Shown: positions 35,235-46,548, numbered from the stretch's first letter. The stretch is DNA of 48,192 bases from an uncultured Alphaproteobacteria bacterium (GCA_902541435.1 CACBQR010000001.1:124240-172431); one strand, 5' to 3'. The notes: generated from the letters alone by a model not told the origin. Numbers and translations are program-made.

Positions 35235-36623
35235 ATGGTTTGGAATTTTCAAGATAGTTATACGAAACTACCTAGTATTTTTTATAGTAAAGTTAATCCT
35301 GAAAACTTTAGTAATAAAAAATTAGTTTTGTTTAATAGTGATCTTGCAAGGGACTTAAATTTAGATTTTAGTAAATATGATGATGATGAAAAGTGTAATA
35401 TTCTTTTGGGAAAAAATAAATTAAATAAAAATTACTTTTCTCAAGCTTATGCCGGTCATCAATTTGGAAATTTTACAATTTTAGGCGATGGTAGAGCTGT
35501 AATTATTGGTGAACATATTACTAATAATAAACAAAGGGTAGACATACAGTTAAAAGGATCAGGACAGACACCCTACTCTAGAAATGGAGACGGAAAGGCT
35601 GCATTAGGTCCAATGATAAGGGAATACATATTGAGTGAAGCTATGCATAATCTTGGCATATCATCAACCAGAGCACTGGCTGTTATTACTACAGGTGAAA
35701 ATGTATTGCGTGATAGATTAGAGCCTGGTGCAATTTTAATTAGAGTTGCGAATTCGCATATTAGAGTGGGAACTTTTCAATTTGGAAGCCTTTTAAAAAA
35801 TAGAGAGGAATTTCAAAACTTTATATCTTATACAATTTCAAGGCTTTATCCTGATATAGATAATAATAATGATAAATATTTAAAATTTTATGAGACAATC
35901 TGTGATTTACAAATTAAGTTAGTCGTAGATTGGATGAGAGTTGGTTTTATTCATGGTGTTATGAATACCGATAATATGTCTTTATCTGGTGAAACTATAG
36001 ATTATGGTCCAGCAGCATATTTGGATGAATATAATCCAAAAAAAGTTTTTAGCTCAATTGATAAAATGGGAAGATATTCTTTTGAAAATCAATCAAAAAT
36101 AACGTTGTGGAATTTAGCAAGATTTGCTGAAACTTTTCTTCATTTAATTGATTCAAATGAAAAAAAAGCAATTAAAAAAATCGAAGATATATTAAATAAA
36201 TATAAAACATTGTTTGATCAATCTTGGTTAATAATGATGTCTATGAAATTAAATTTAGATACTAATAATAATAATGAAGAAATTGTTAAAGAATTTTTAG
36301 ATTTGATGCATATTTATAAACTTGATTATACAAATACATTTTTAGATTTAGAAAATAATACTCTTGATAAAAATATTTTTAAAAATTGGGAAGAAAAATA
36401 TAAAAATAATAAAATAAGAAAATTTAAAAATGTTAATCCTCAAATTATACCTAGGAATCATATTATTGAAGAAATAATTAATGAAGTGTACAACAATAAT
36501 TACAGTCAATTATATGAATTTGAAAAATTACTAAAAAATCCTTATGAGAAAATAGGAAATAAAAAATATATTACCCCACCTCTTGAAAGTGAAAAAGTAT
36601 TTGAAACTTTCTGTGGTACTTAA
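35235..36623 (+). CDS. selO: protein adenylyltransferase SelO/YdiU
   Basis: YAGHQFG, LGDGRA, QLKGSG.TPYSR.GDG, HGVMNTDNM, IDYGP and C-terminal TFCGT. Confidence 0.95.
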   Translation: MVWNFQDSYTKLPSIFYSKVNPENFSNKKLVLFNSDLARDLNLDFSKYDDDEKCNILLGKNKLNKNYFSQAYAGHQFGNFTILGDGRAVIIGEHITNNKQRVDIQLKGSGQTPYSRNGDGKAALGPMIREYILSEAMHNLGISSTRALAVITTGENVLRDRLEPGAILIRVANSHIRVGTFQFGSLLKNREEFQNFISYTISRLYPDIDNNNDKYLKFYETICDLQIKLVVDWMRVGFIHGVMNTDNMSLSGETIDYGPAAYLDEYNPKKVFSSIDKMGRYSFENQSKITLWNLARFAETFLHLIDSNEKKAIKKIEDILNKYKTLFDQSWLIMMSMKLNLDTNNNNEEIVKEFLDLMHIYKLDYTNTFLDLENNTLDKNIFKNWEEKYKNNKIRKFKNVNPQIIPRNHIIEEIINEVYNNNYSQLYEFEKLLKNPYEKIGNKKYITPPLESEKVFETFCGT

Positions 36624-38003
36624 TTAAATAGATATTTTGTATCTAAAATTTTTTTGAAAAGGATAAATTGGTTTTTCCCTAAATAAATTTTTAATTCTTT
36701 TAAAATCTTGTGTAACAAATCCATCTGTTAAAATCATAAAATTATCAGCTTTAAGTTTTTTAAGTTCTGGTGAAAGATATCCTGATTTTACAATCAATAT
36801 TTTATATTTTTTTAAATTTATATTTAATTCCCTTAAATCACTCAGATAATGAAAAGGTTTTCTGTATTTAGTAAAAATTACTGTATTATTATTTGAGATT
36901 ACAATCGCATTATCATTTTTTAGATAAAATTTATCAATCGAAATAGAAATTTCCTTTTTTGAGATACTATCTTTTATGACAATTTTATTTTTTTTATTTT
37001 TTAGTTGTCTAAAAATTTCTTCATTATAAATTCCTGCAAATAGTGTGTTCTCTATCTTGTTTTTAAATACGTGCTCTAATACATCAATTCTACTACCTAC
37101 TCCTCCAGCTGTTGGATTGTCTCCGCTATCGGCTAAAATTGTAAATCTTTTTTTATTAACTACATTAAAAATCTTATTTAAATTATAAGATTTCATATCA
37201 TAAACTAAATTAAACCTATTATTCCAATAACTAAGTGCTATTTTCTTACAAACATTTTTACCGATATTAACATCTGTACAATTTACAATTGCAGAAGCTG
37301 TTGCCCTCTTAGTATCAGCCCAAACATATCCTATAAGTAAATTACAATCATTAATCCCATTCAATTTATTAAAAATATTTAGATTTTTATAAATTTTTTT
37401 ACATGGTTCAACTATTGTAGATGACATTTCACCTGAAACTAAAACTGGTATTTTTTCCCAAATAATATGATTTTTTTTATTTTTTAATATTCCATCTATT
37501 AACATTTTCAATGACCTTGAATAAGTTTGCTTAACATCAACGTGTGGGGCTGTTTTATAAGCTGCAAAATAATCAATATTTTTTATAATTGCATCAGTCA
37601 TCTGTCCGTGAAGATCATAAGATAAAGATATTTTACAGTCTTTAGATACTTTAGAGCGAATTTTTTTAATAAAAAAACCTTCAGGATCATTTATACCCTT
37701 AACATACATTGCGCCATGCATTAAAAATAAAATACCGTCTATTGATTTAATTTTTTTTAAATCATTTAAAATATTTTGAATTGTTTTTAAAAAAAATTTT
37801 TTATCTACTGGCCCCCCGGGTAAACTACGATAAAATTTACTAGATATAAAAGTAACATTCTTATATTTAGAATAATTAAAATCTATATATTTTAAAAGTT
37901 TTTTACCACTTATAATTTCAAAATCATTTTCGTCTTGTATTAATGTTGAATATGAACAACATTCAGTGCTTATACCACAAATGAAAATTTTTTTTTTATA
38001 CAC
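36624..38003 (-). CDS. MlrC-like M81 family metallopeptidase
   Basis: HGAM, D.EG, DLHG, YKTAPHVD, DSGDNPTAGG and VKSGY. Confidence 0.88.
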   Translation of the reverse strand: MYKKKIFICGISTECCSYSTLIQDENDFEIISGKKLLKYIDFNYSKYKNVTFISSKFYRSLPGGPVDKKFFLKTIQNILNDLKKIKSIDGILFLMHGAMYVKGINDPEGFFIKKIRSKVSKDCKISLSYDLHGQMTDAIIKNIDYFAAYKTAPHVDVKQTYSRSLKMLIDGILKNKKNHIIWEKIPVLVSGEMSSTIVEPCKKIYKNLNIFNKLNGINDCNLLIGYVWADTKRATASAIVNCTDVNIGKNVCKKIALSYWNNRFNLVYDMKSYNLNKIFNVVNKKRFTILADSGDNPTAGGVGSRIDVLEHVFKNKIENTLFAGIYNEEIFRQLKNKKNKIVIKDSISKKEISISIDKFYLKNDNAIVISNNNTVIFTKYRKPFHYLSDLRELNINLKKYKILIVKSGYLSPELKKLKADNFMILTDGFVTQDFKRIKNLFREKPIYPFQKNFRYKISI

Positions 38004-38012
38004 TAATTAAAA

Positions 38013-38567
38013 TTAAGAAATAATTTTATTTTTAGCAAATATATCAACAAGATAAACTAAAATAATATGATGAGACATTTCAATAAAATTATATTGATCA
38101 GAATTTATATGAAAATTAACATTTCCATATTTTGATAGTGGGTTATTTTTTTTGAAACCACTCAAGGTAATCAATTGAATTGAATTTTTTTTACAATATT
38201 TTGCTGCATTAACAATGTTTTTTGAAGTTCCACTACTACTAATTAAGATCATCATATCATTTTTATTTAGGTAAGCTTTTATTGCTTCTACTACCCAATT
38301 TTCATAACCATAATCATTTGCAAAACATGTTATTAAATTTGCATTATTAAAAGTAGATGAATTAACTCTAGCTACTTTTGCAAAGTCTACACTAACGTGA
38401 CTAGCTATTGAAGAGCTACCGCCATTACCAACTATATAAACTTTTCCTTTTTGTTTTTGTGTTTTTTTTATCAAATTAATTGATTTTTTAAATAATTTGT
38501 CATCAGTATTTAATAGCAAATTAAAAATGGACTTACTGTAATTATTAAATTGCTCTCTATGTTTCAT
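38013..38567 (-). CDS. SIS-domain phosphosugar isomerase (GmhA-like)
   Basis: GNGGS..IASH, NDYGYE, ISSSG.SKN and E..H. Confidence 0.85.
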   Translation of the reverse strand: MKHREQFNNYSKSIFNLLLNTDDKLFKKSINLIKKTQKQKGKVYIVGNGGSSSIASHVSVDFAKVARVNSSTFNNANLITCFANDYGYENWVVEAIKAYLNKNDMMILISSSGTSKNIVNAAKYCKKNSIQLITLSGFKKNNPLSKYGNVNFHINSDQYNFIEMSHHIILVYLVDIFAKNKIIS

Positions 38568-38901
38568 TATTTTTAATATTATCTATTTTTGCTGCTAAAA
38601 TAAAATCATTTATTGATAATCCATTTATAGCATGTGTATGGACCATTACTAAGCAATATCCCCAACCAATAGATATATCAGGATGGTGGCCTTCTTTTTC
38701 GGCAATTTCTCCAACTTTATTTGCAAATGATATAGCTTTATTAAAATTGCTAAATTTATATTTTTTGAAAATCATTTCTTGATTATCATTAACTGACCAT
38801 TCATTAAGTTCAGATAAAAATTTACTAATTTCTTGAAAATCTAATTTAGGAGTATTACCATTACATGGCTCACACTTTCCTGAATATAGAGGTTTATTCA
38901 T
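38557..38901 (-). CDS. phhB: pterin-4-alpha-carbinolamine dehydratase
   Basis: C.PC, AE.EGHHPD, THAI.GLS.NDFILAAKID. The ATG at 38901 is preferred over 38913. Confidence 0.9.
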   Translation of the reverse strand: MNKPLYSGKCEPCNGNTPKLDFQEISKFLSELNEWSVNDNQEMIFKKYKFSNFNKAISFANKVGEIAEKEGHHPDISIGWGYCLVMVHTHAINGLSINDFILAAKIDNIKNNET

Positions 38902-39847
38902 AAAATCTTGCACCTTGTTGATTTAATTCAATAGAATATAAACTAGTTGTGGCTGTTATGTACAAAATATTTCCTTCCACTCCTCCAAATTCTAAATTTG
39001 ATACTAGTTCTGGAACTATAAGTTGTCCAATTAATTCATTTTGAGTATTAAAACATTTAACTGCTTTTCCAGCACTAGTCCAAACATTTCCATCTTTATC
39101 ACACCTAAAACCATCGGAAAAAAAAGGTTTAAAATCATAAACTAATTTTCTATTCATAGGTAATCCATCAATCATATCATAAACATACAAATGTTTGATA
39201 TTTTCTCCTGTATCAGCAACATATAATTTTTTTTCGTTAGGAGATATGGCAATACCATTAGGTCTATCAAGATCGTCTATCATAACTTTTAAAGTTTTTG
39301 ATTTAGGTTCAAAAGAAAACACATTACAGCCACCATATTCTTGTTCGCCAGGATATCCCTCGTAATCCGATAAAATACCATAAGGTGGATCTGTAAACCA
39401 AATTGTATTATCCGATTTCACAAATAGATCGTTTGGAGAGTTAAGTTTCTTACCATTATAACTATCAACTAAAATTTCCACTTCTAAATTATCGTTAGTT
39501 TTATAAATGCATCTACCTCCATGCGAACAAGAAATTACATTCTCTTCTTTATCAATAGTATTTCCATTACAATAATTTGAGGGATTTTTATATTCAGTAA
39601 TTGAACTATTTGATAACTTTAACATCCTATTATTTGGTATATCGCTCCAGACTAATGTATCTAAATGAGGAATATAAGCCGGTCCTTCTCCCCATAACAT
39701 TCCAGAAAAAACTTTTTTAACTTCAGTAGACTTTACATAGTTATTGAATTGGTCAGTATTTTCTACATGTTCATTAAATTTATTTTTGTAAGCATAACTT
39801 GGATTTCTTGGATCTAAATCAGCAGGTAATAATTTTTTATCTGACAT
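38894..39847 (-). CDS. SMP-30/gluconolactonase family protein
   Basis: EGP, WSDIP, NSPND, FTDPPYG, PNGIA.SP and DG...D..GN.W. Confidence 0.92.
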   Translation of the reverse strand: MSDKKLLPADLDPRNPSYAYKNKFNEHVENTDQFNNYVKSTEVKKVFSGMLWGEGPAYIPHLDTLVWSDIPNNRMLKLSNSSITEYKNPSNYCNGNTIDKEENVISCSHGGRCIYKTNDNLEVEILVDSYNGKKLNSPNDLFVKSDNTIWFTDPPYGILSDYEGYPGEQEYGGCNVFSFEPKSKTLKVMIDDLDRPNGIAISPNEKKLYVADTGENIKHLYVYDMIDGLPMNRKLVYDFKPFFSDGFRCDKDGNVWTSAGKAVKCFNTQNELIGQLIVPELVSNLEFGGVEGNILYITATTSLYSIELNQQGARFYE

Positions 39848-39848
39848 A

Positions 39849-40784
39849 TTATACTTCTACACCTTTTTGTTTTTTTTGTTTATCAATTAATTGTTTTGGG
39901 AAATTTTTTGCTCTTAATTTAATTTTTGCATCTTTTTCAATTAATTTAATAATACTAGTACTAAATGATCTTTCACCTAAATTTTTCATTCCAAGTTTAA
40001 ATTTTTTACTTAGATAATTCCCCAGTTCTAATTTTATATTTTTTCCAAGTTTATTAAAAAGATTTATATCTTTATTGACTAGATCCATTGTAAATCCAAC
40101 ATCATAACTGCCTCCAAGTATAACCTTAGTTTCAGTTTCATTAACAAAACTATTTCCAGAGCTTATTTTTATAGCTTTATACGTTAAACCTAAATCAATT
40201 TTATTTTTTTTTGCAACACTTAAAGCCTCACCTATACCTACTAAATGTAATGATGCTAAATAATTTGTAATTACTTTTAATATTGAGGCATTTCCAATTT
40301 TGCCACAGTATAAAATTTCATGACCAAGCAATGATAAAATTGGGAAACATTTTTTGAAAGTTGATTTTTTGCCAGCAGCTAAAATAGATATATTTCCTGA
40401 TTTAGCTCTATGCTCTCCTCCAGTAATTGGACATTCTAATACTCTTCCACCTTTAGAAATTACTTTTTTGGATAAGCTAATCATGTCATTTTTATCTGTA
40501 GTGCTCATCTCAATCCAGATATGTTTTTTAGTTAAATATTTTAATATGGTTTTTAAAACTTTGCTAACCGATTTTGGCGAAGGTAAACAAGTTATTATAA
40601 TATCACTCTTTTCGGTTAATTCTTTTAAAGTTTGACAAGGCTCGTTTTTTAATTTTTTTAATCTTGAATATGATTTGTCATTTTTGTCATAAACAAATAC
40701 ATTATTATTTGATTTTAATAAATTATTTGCAAGGTTTGAACCAACATTTCCAATCCCTATGAAACCAATAGTGTCCAATCTCAT
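39849..40784 (-). CDS. beta-hydroxyacid dehydrogenase family NAD(P)-dependent oxidoreductase
   Basis: GFIGIGNVG, MST, CPITGG, KVITN catalytic Lys and SSGNS. Confidence 0.88.
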   Translation of the reverse strand: MRLDTIGFIGIGNVGSNLANNLLKSNNNVFVYDKNDKSYSRLKKLKNEPCQTLKELTEKSDIIITCLPSPKSVSKVLKTILKYLTKKHIWIEMSTTDKNDMISLSKKVISKGGRVLECPITGGEHRAKSGNISILAAGKKSTFKKCFPILSLLGHEILYCGKIGNASILKVITNYLASLHLVGIGEALSVAKKNKIDLGLTYKAIKISSGNSFVNETETKVILGGSYDVGFTMDLVNKDINLFNKLGKNIKLELGNYLSKKFKLGMKNLGERSFSTSIIKLIEKDAKIKLRAKNFPKQLIDKQKKQKGVEV

Positions 40785-41533
40785 ATATTAATAGTCATAC
40801 CATCATATCCAGGCACAACGTTTGGTGGACATTTATCTTTGAGCTGTTTTTCATCAAGAAGTGCTGTCATATGAGTAAACACTGTTTTTTTTGGTTTAAT
40901 ATAATTTATAAATTCCATAACTTGTTCAAATCCTGCATGTGCTGGATGAGGATCTTCTCTTAATAAACCCACAATCCATAAGTCTAAATTTTTTAATTTA
41001 TCAATATCTTCATTATAAAATTTTTTTAAATCAGTAGAATAAGCAAATTTTCCAAATTTGTAAGTTTGAACATCTATAGATCCATGATTGTGTTTAAATG
41101 TTTCAATGTTAGTTCCATTAATGGAAAAATTGTTTTCTAAGTTTTCAATTTTCATAAATGGTAAGTAATCTTTTTCACCTTTAAATATATATTTATAAAA
41201 AATTTCCATTTTAGATTTCATTTCTTTTGGCATGAAAGCAGGTATAATTTTTTGATTTATTAGAGACATTGCACGCATATCAGGTAAACCTGATGTATGA
41301 TCTGAGTGTTCGTGTGTGTATAAAACTGCATCTATATTTGTGCATTGAATATTATAGAGTTGCTGTCGTAAATCTGGACTTGTATCAATTAATATATTGT
41401 TATTATTATCTTCTATTAGGACTGATGATCTAGTCCTAAAATTTCTTTTATTATTTAGATCAATGTTACCATGTCTATTCCATGCTAAAGGTGAACCAAA
41501 AGATCCTCCACAGCCTAAAATTGTTATTTTCAT
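40781..41533 (-). CDS. MBL-fold metallo-hydrolase (PhnP-like)
   Basis: LGCG.S.G.P, IDT.PDLRQQ and THEHSDH (HxHxDH). Confidence 0.92.
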   Translation of the reverse strand: MKITILGCGGSFGSPLAWNRHGNIDLNNKRNFRTRSSVLIEDNNNNILIDTSPDLRQQLYNIQCTNIDAVLYTHEHSDHTSGLPDMRAMSLINQKIIPAFMPKEMKSKMEIFYKYIFKGEKDYLPFMKIENLENNFSINGTNIETFKHNHGSIDVQTYKFGKFAYSTDLKKFYNEDIDKLKNLDLWIVGLLREDPHPAHAGFEQVMEFINYIKPKKTVFTHMTALLDEKQLKDKCPPNVVPGYDGMTINI

Positions 41534-42315
41534 TACAGATAATTATCTCTTTTAGCTTTCGTAAACAAATTAAAAAAATTATTATCAGTGATTTTTTCGA
41601 ATTCTTCTAAGGATAATTTAAAAAAATTTGCCAAATATTCAGCTGTGTATTTTACAAAAGATGGCTCATTAACTTTACCTCTCATTGGTTCGGGTGCTAA
41701 AAAAGGACTATCAGTTTCTATAAGTATAGAATTTAAAGGAGCATTCTTTATTATATCTCTTAAATTTGATGCATTTTTAAATGTTATTATTCCAGAAATA
41801 GAAATGTAGTAGTTATTCTCTAAACAAAAATTTAATAGTTGATTTGAACCAGTGAAACAGTGAAAAATTAGTTTTAAATTATTTGATTGATAATTTTTTA
41901 AAATATCTACAATTTCTTTTTCAGAATTTCTTTGATGAATAATAATTGGTAATGAATGTTTTATTGAAGCTTCAATATGGGTTTCAAATACTTGTGTTTG
42001 TTCTTTAAGAAATTGATCACTGCGATACAAGTCAATACCTGTTTCGCCTATTCCTATTACTTTTTCGTTATTACAGTATTGATCAAAGTTTTGTAATTCA
42101 ATTTGGTTCATTGATTGAACATCACTTGGATGAAGTCCATATGAAAGATAAATAGAATTATAATTTTTTATTAAATTTAAATGATCCTGAAAATCTTTAG
42201 GATTGGTATTGATTGATAATATTGAGCTAATATTATTTTTTTTGGAGTTATTAATTATATTCTCAAAATTTTCTGATAATTTTTTAAAATTTAAATGACA
42301 ATGTGAGTCAATCAT
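41533..42315 (-). CDS. tatD: TatD family nuclease
   Basis: IDSHCHL, GLHP, IGETG.D, HCFTG and ETDSPFLAP. Confidence 0.95.
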   Translation of the reverse strand: MIDSHCHLNFKKLSENFENIINNSKKNNISSILSINTNPKDFQDHLNLIKNYNSIYLSYGLHPSDVQSMNQIELQNFDQYCNNEKVIGIGETGIDLYRSDQFLKEQTQVFETHIEASIKHSLPIIIHQRNSEKEIVDILKNYQSNNLKLIFHCFTGSNQLLNFCLENNYYISISGIITFKNASNLRDIIKNAPLNSILIETDSPFLAPEPMRGKVNEPSFVKYTAEYLANFFKLSLEEFEKITDNNFFNLFTKAKRDNYL

Positions 42316-43828
42316 TCAATATTCTTGGAAATATTGGTTCTGGATTATTTATTTTTATATTTTGATTTATTAGTTTAGTGAAGTTCTCAAATTTTTTATT
42401 GTCCATATTATAGTTAAAAATATTAAGAATTTTTTTAGAACTAGTTGGTATAATTGGATAGAGCATTATAGCAGATTTAATAATTATATTTGTAACTATA
42501 AATAAAACTTCTTCCATTCTAATTTTATTTGTTTTTTTTAGTGTCCATGGTGCTTGAGTATCAACATATGCGTTACCGGCAGATATTAACTCCAAGACAG
42601 ATTTAATTGCTCTATCAATTTGTTGTTTATTCATAAAGTTACAATATTCATCAAATTTATTTTGAAAAATATTAATTAAATCCTTATCTTCATTGGTTAA
42701 ATTTTCTGCTTTTTTTAGTAAAGAATCATTATTTTTTACAGCAAATGATGAAATCCTTTGTACTAAATTACCAAAATTATTCGATAAATCTGCGTTAATT
42801 CTATTTGCGATTGCTTTTTTTGAAAAATCTCCATCATTCCCAAAAGGTACTTCTCTAAATAAAAAAAATCTTATTTGATCCAAACCATATTCATCAATTA
42901 TTTCATAAGGGTCAATGACATTACCAAGTGATTTAGAAATTTTTTGTCCTTCATTAGTCCACCAACCATGTGCAAATATTCTTTTAGGTGGCTCGATACC
43001 TGCGGCCATTAAAAAAGCTGGCCAATAAACTGCATGAAATCTTAATATATCTTTCCCCACAATATGTGTTGCGGGCCAAAATTTATTATAATTATTATTA
43101 TTTGTATCTGGATAACCAATTGCGGTTAGGTAGTTACATAATGCATCAATCCAAACATACATCACATGCTTAGAATTATTTGGAACTGGAACTCCCCAAT
43201 TAAAAGTTGTTCTTGAAATAGACAGATCTTTTAATCCACCTTTAATGAAACTTAATACTTCATTATATCTCGTTTTTGGCAAGATTGATTCTGGATTTTT
43301 TTCATAATAATCGATTAACTTATCTTGCCATTCTGAAAGTTTAAAAAAATAACTCTCCTCCTTTACCCACTCTACAGGCGATCCATTATCCGTCACATAT
43401 TTACCATCAATCTTTTTTAATTCATTTTCCAAATAAAATGCTTCATCTCTAATTGAGTACCAACCTTCATAATTTGAAAGATATATTTGATTATTTTTTT
43501 CTAATTGCTTCCAAAGTTCTTGTGAAGCTTTAATATGTCTTTCTTCAGTAGTTCTTATAAAATCATCTATTTCACATCCTAAAAAAGGTATTAAATTAAT
43601 AAAATTTTCTGAAAGTTTATCGACGAATTCTTTAGGTTTTAAGTTTGAATTAATAGCAGCTTTTTCTACTTTTTGTCCATGCTCGTCTGTACCTGTTAAA
43701 AAGAATACATTGTTTCCTAATAATTTATTATATCGCGCAATAATATCGCAAGCTATACTTGTATAAGCATGACCTATATGAGGAATATCATTAGTGTAGT
43801 AAATCGGAGTAGTTATATAAAAATTCAT
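42308..43828 (-). CDS. metG: methionine--tRNA ligase (short form, no C-terminal OB domain)
   Basis: ITTPIYY, HIGH, TGTDEHGQK, GKDILRFH and KISKS. Confidence 0.97.
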   Translation of the reverse strand: MNFYITTPIYYTNDIPHIGHAYTSIACDIIARYNKLLGNNVFFLTGTDEHGQKVEKAAINSNLKPKEFVDKLSENFINLIPFLGCEIDDFIRTTEERHIKASQELWKQLEKNNQIYLSNYEGWYSIRDEAFYLENELKKIDGKYVTDNGSPVEWVKEESYFFKLSEWQDKLIDYYEKNPESILPKTRYNEVLSFIKGGLKDLSISRTTFNWGVPVPNNSKHVMYVWIDALCNYLTAIGYPDTNNNNYNKFWPATHIVGKDILRFHAVYWPAFLMAAGIEPPKRIFAHGWWTNEGQKISKSLGNVIDPYEIIDEYGLDQIRFFLFREVPFGNDGDFSKKAIANRINADLSNNFGNLVQRISSFAVKNNDSLLKKAENLTNEDKDLINIFQNKFDEYCNFMNKQQIDRAIKSVLELISAGNAYVDTQAPWTLKKTNKIRMEEVLFIVTNIIIKSAIMLYPIIPTSSKKILNIFNYNMDNKKFENFTKLINQNIKINNPEPIFPRILND

Positions 43829-43829
43829 T

Positions 43830-44813
43830 TTATTGAGTTAAAAAATTTAATATAAATATTTTTTTATCAAGATTTAAACTAAATAATTCTTTTTGGTTAT
43901 TAGTTAAATAATCAAATCTATCAATAAGATTTTTTTTGGTAAGATTTGTCGACAAAGACTCTAACTCTAGATAATTTGGCATATTAATCAAGCTTTTATC
44001 ATCTCTATTTACTTTTAGCTTATTAGCAACAATTAGAATAAATTTAAGCATTGATAAATAATTATTAAATTCATCATTAGTAAGTTTTGATAAAATATTA
44101 GATAAATTTATTTTATGATCATCTAGATCATTTGATAAAAGACATTTAATTGATAATTGGAAAATATCCAAGAAATCATTGTTATAATATAGAATAGTAG
44201 TTCCTGGTGATCCATAAGTTAATTCAAAGTAAAAATTTATTTCTTCATTGGATATTTCATCAATATTATCATTAATAATATCAGTAAAATTAGTTAAATT
44301 ATGAGTATTAAATTTAATTTTTAAACATCTTGATCTAATTGTTGGCAAAAGTAATGAAATTTGGTTTGATATTAAAAAAATATATGTATTTTCTTTTGGT
44401 TCTTCTAAGATCTTGAGCATACTATTTGCAGAACTAATGTTTAAATAATCAGCAGAATCAACAATAACTATTTTAGAAGAATTTTGAATTGTTGTTGTTG
44501 AATTTAAAAATGTTTTTAATCTTCTAATTTGTTCAATTGTAATATTAGATTTAATTTTTCCAGTTTTGCTATCAATCTCTTTTTCAATTATTTTTATATT
44601 TGGATGTGTATTATTTTTAAATAAATTTAAATGATGTTCTAAATTACTATCTTTAAATTCTATATTTATAATATTTTTTACTAATTTGTTTAGAAAAGTT
44701 CTTTTACCTATACCGCTTAATCCATGAATTATAATTGAATTTGGAAGATTATTTGATTTGTATCTTTTAAGGAGATCACTATACTCTTTTTCAAAACCTA
44801 TTAATTCAATCAT
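43830..44813 (-). CDS. holB: DNA polymerase III delta' subunit
   Basis: G..GIGK, AN..LK.LEEP and TIRSRC, located between tmk and metG. Confidence 0.9.
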   Translation of the reverse strand: MIELIGFEKEYSDLLKRYKSNNLPNSIIIHGLSGIGKRTFLNKLVKNIINIEFKDSNLEHHLNLFKNNTHPNIKIIEKEIDSKTGKIKSNITIEQIRRLKTFLNSTTTIQNSSKIVIVDSADYLNISSANSMLKILEEPKENTYIFLISNQISLLLPTIRSRCLKIKFNTHNLTNFTDIINDNIDEISNEEINFYFELTYGSPGTTILYYNNDFLDIFQLSIKCLLSNDLDDHKINLSNILSKLTNDEFNNYLSMLKFILIVANKLKVNRDDKSLINMPNYLELESLSTNLTKKNLIDRFDYLTNNQKELFSLNLDKKIFILNFLTQ

Positions 44814-44816
44814 TAA

Positions 44817-45428
44817 TTATAACTTTAATTTTTTAATAATATTTTTGTGAATTATATCTTTAGATAAAGAAGCATCAACCGTTATATATCTTTTTGGATT
44901 TGCTATTTTTTTATATCCTTGAATTACTTTTTGATGAAATAATAAGTTAGATTTATCGTACTTGTTTTTAAACTTCCTCTGTTTTAATCTTTGAATTATT
45001 TCTTTTGGATTAATTTTAAAAATAAATGTATAGTCAGGAAAAAAATTGTTTAGAAGTTCTTTGTGTAGTTTTTGACACCTTTTAATTCCAAATTTATTTA
45101 CATATCCTTGATAAACAAAGGATGAATCTGCATATCGATCTGAAATGACGATCTTTCTTTTTTTAAGATTAGGAATAATTACTTGATTTATATGATTTGA
45201 TCTAGCTGCCATAAGAAGAAGCAATTCTTCTAAATTATTAATTGTAGATTTATTATCCAAAATTAATTTTCTTAACTTTTCTGCAAAATTAGTACCTCCA
45301 GGTTCTCTAGTGATAATAAAAGGAATTTTATTTTTTTTTAAATATTTTGATAAAAGCAATATTTGAGATGACTTTCCGCTAGCTTCAGGTCCTTCAAAAG
45401 TAATGAATAAACCTTTATTTGATTTCAT
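44817..45428 (-). CDS. tmk: thymidylate kinase
   Basis: FITFEGPEASGKS, TREPGG and SDRY.DSS..YQG. The ATG at 45428 is preferred. Confidence 0.95.
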   Translation of the reverse strand: MKSNKGLFITFEGPEASGKSSQILLLSKYLKKNKIPFIITREPGGTNFAEKLRKLILDNKSTINNLEELLLLMAARSNHINQVIIPNLKKRKIVISDRYADSSFVYQGYVNKFGIKRCQKLHKELLNNFFPDYTFIFKINPKEIIQRLKQRKFKNKYDKSNLLFHQKVIQGYKKIANPKRYITVDASLSKDIIHKNIIKKLKL

Positions 45429-46548
45429 CCAAACTTCTTCCAAAAATTAAGTATTTTGCAGCGGCAAAAATTTTAAATAAAGGGTTGATTTCAGATACAT
45501 CTTTTTCAGCAATAAGTGGCACTTCTATTTTTGGCTTTCCCTCTATATTTATAATTAATTTTCCTAATTCATCACCTTTTTTAACTGGGGCAGATATTGG
45601 TTTTGTATATGTAATAGAAGAATTCATTAATTGAATTTGGTCAAATGATAATGTTGATACTAATTTTTGAGCACTAATTAAATTAATACTACTCTCACTA
45701 CCCAGCCATACATCAACTTCTTTAATAAATTGATCTTTTTCAACTAATGTTTGTTGCGAAGTTTGATTAAATGCCCAATTTATTAAATTAGAAGATTCAT
45801 TTAATCTTGATCTAGAACTATTGGTACCATTAATAACAACTGTAATCCTTCTATCATTTCTTAATGCTGTAGCAGCTATTCCCCACCCGGATTCTTTTGT
45901 AAAACCTGTTTTTAGTCCATCTGCTCCTTGAACTTGATATAAAAGTTTATTTCTATTTGGCTGAGTAATATCATTATAAGTAAACTCTTCCATTTTGAAA
46001 TATGTATAAAGTTCTGGAAAATCTCTAATTATTGCATTTGAAAGAATTCCAAGATCATAAACAGTGGAATAGTGATTATCATCAGGCCAGCCAGATGAAT
46101 TAACAAAATTTGTATTTGTCATTCCTAAACGTTCTACATAAACGTTCATAAGTTTAGCAAAATCTTCTTCAGTACCACCTAAACATTCTGCTAAAGCTAT
46201 AGAAGCATCATTACCAGATTGAACAATTATACCTTTTAATAAATCATCAACTGTTACATTATCATCTATCTCTAAAAATGTTCTGGAACCTCCCTTTTTA
46301 TAAGCTTTAGGGGACACTCTACATTCATTAGAAATTGCAAAATTGGTATTCTTTATTCTATCAAAAGCAACATAAACAGTCATGATCTTAGTCATTGATG
46401 CTGGTATAACTTTTGCATTGGAATTTTTTTCAAAAAGAACTTCATTTGTATCAAAATCAATGACAACTGCTTGCTCTGCCTTTGTATCAATGGCGTAAAG
46501 TTTTAAAGAAATAATAAAATATAAAAAAAAGCTAAAAATTTTTACCAT
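45415..46548 (-). CDS. dacA: D-alanyl-D-alanine carboxypeptidase
   Basis: Signal peptide, with SMTK (SxxK), SGN (SxN) and KTG motifs. Confidence 0.95.
   Translation of the reverse strand: MVKIFSFFLYFIISLKLYAIDTKAEQAVVIDFDTNEVLFEKNSNAKVIPASMTKIMTVYVAFDRIKNTNFAISNECRVSPKAYKKGGSRTFLEIDDNVTVDDLLKGIIVQSGNDASIALAECLGGTEEDFAKLMNVYVERLGMTNTNFVNSSGWPDDNHYSTVYDLGILSNAIIRDFPELYTYFKMEEFTYNDITQPNRNKLLYQVQGADGLKTGFTKESGWGIAATALRNDRRITVVINGTNSSRSRLNESSNLINWAFNQTSQQTLVEKDQFIKEVDVWLGSESSINLISAQKLVSTLSFDQIQLMNSSITYTKPISAPVKKGDELGKLIINIEGKPKIEVPLIAEKDVSEINPLFKIFAAAKYLIFGRSLDEIK

Noticed and set aside
36600-36623. Selenocysteine readthrough at the SelO C-terminus
   Set aside because: The gene ends FCGT-TAA with no in-frame TGA and directly abuts the convergent gene.
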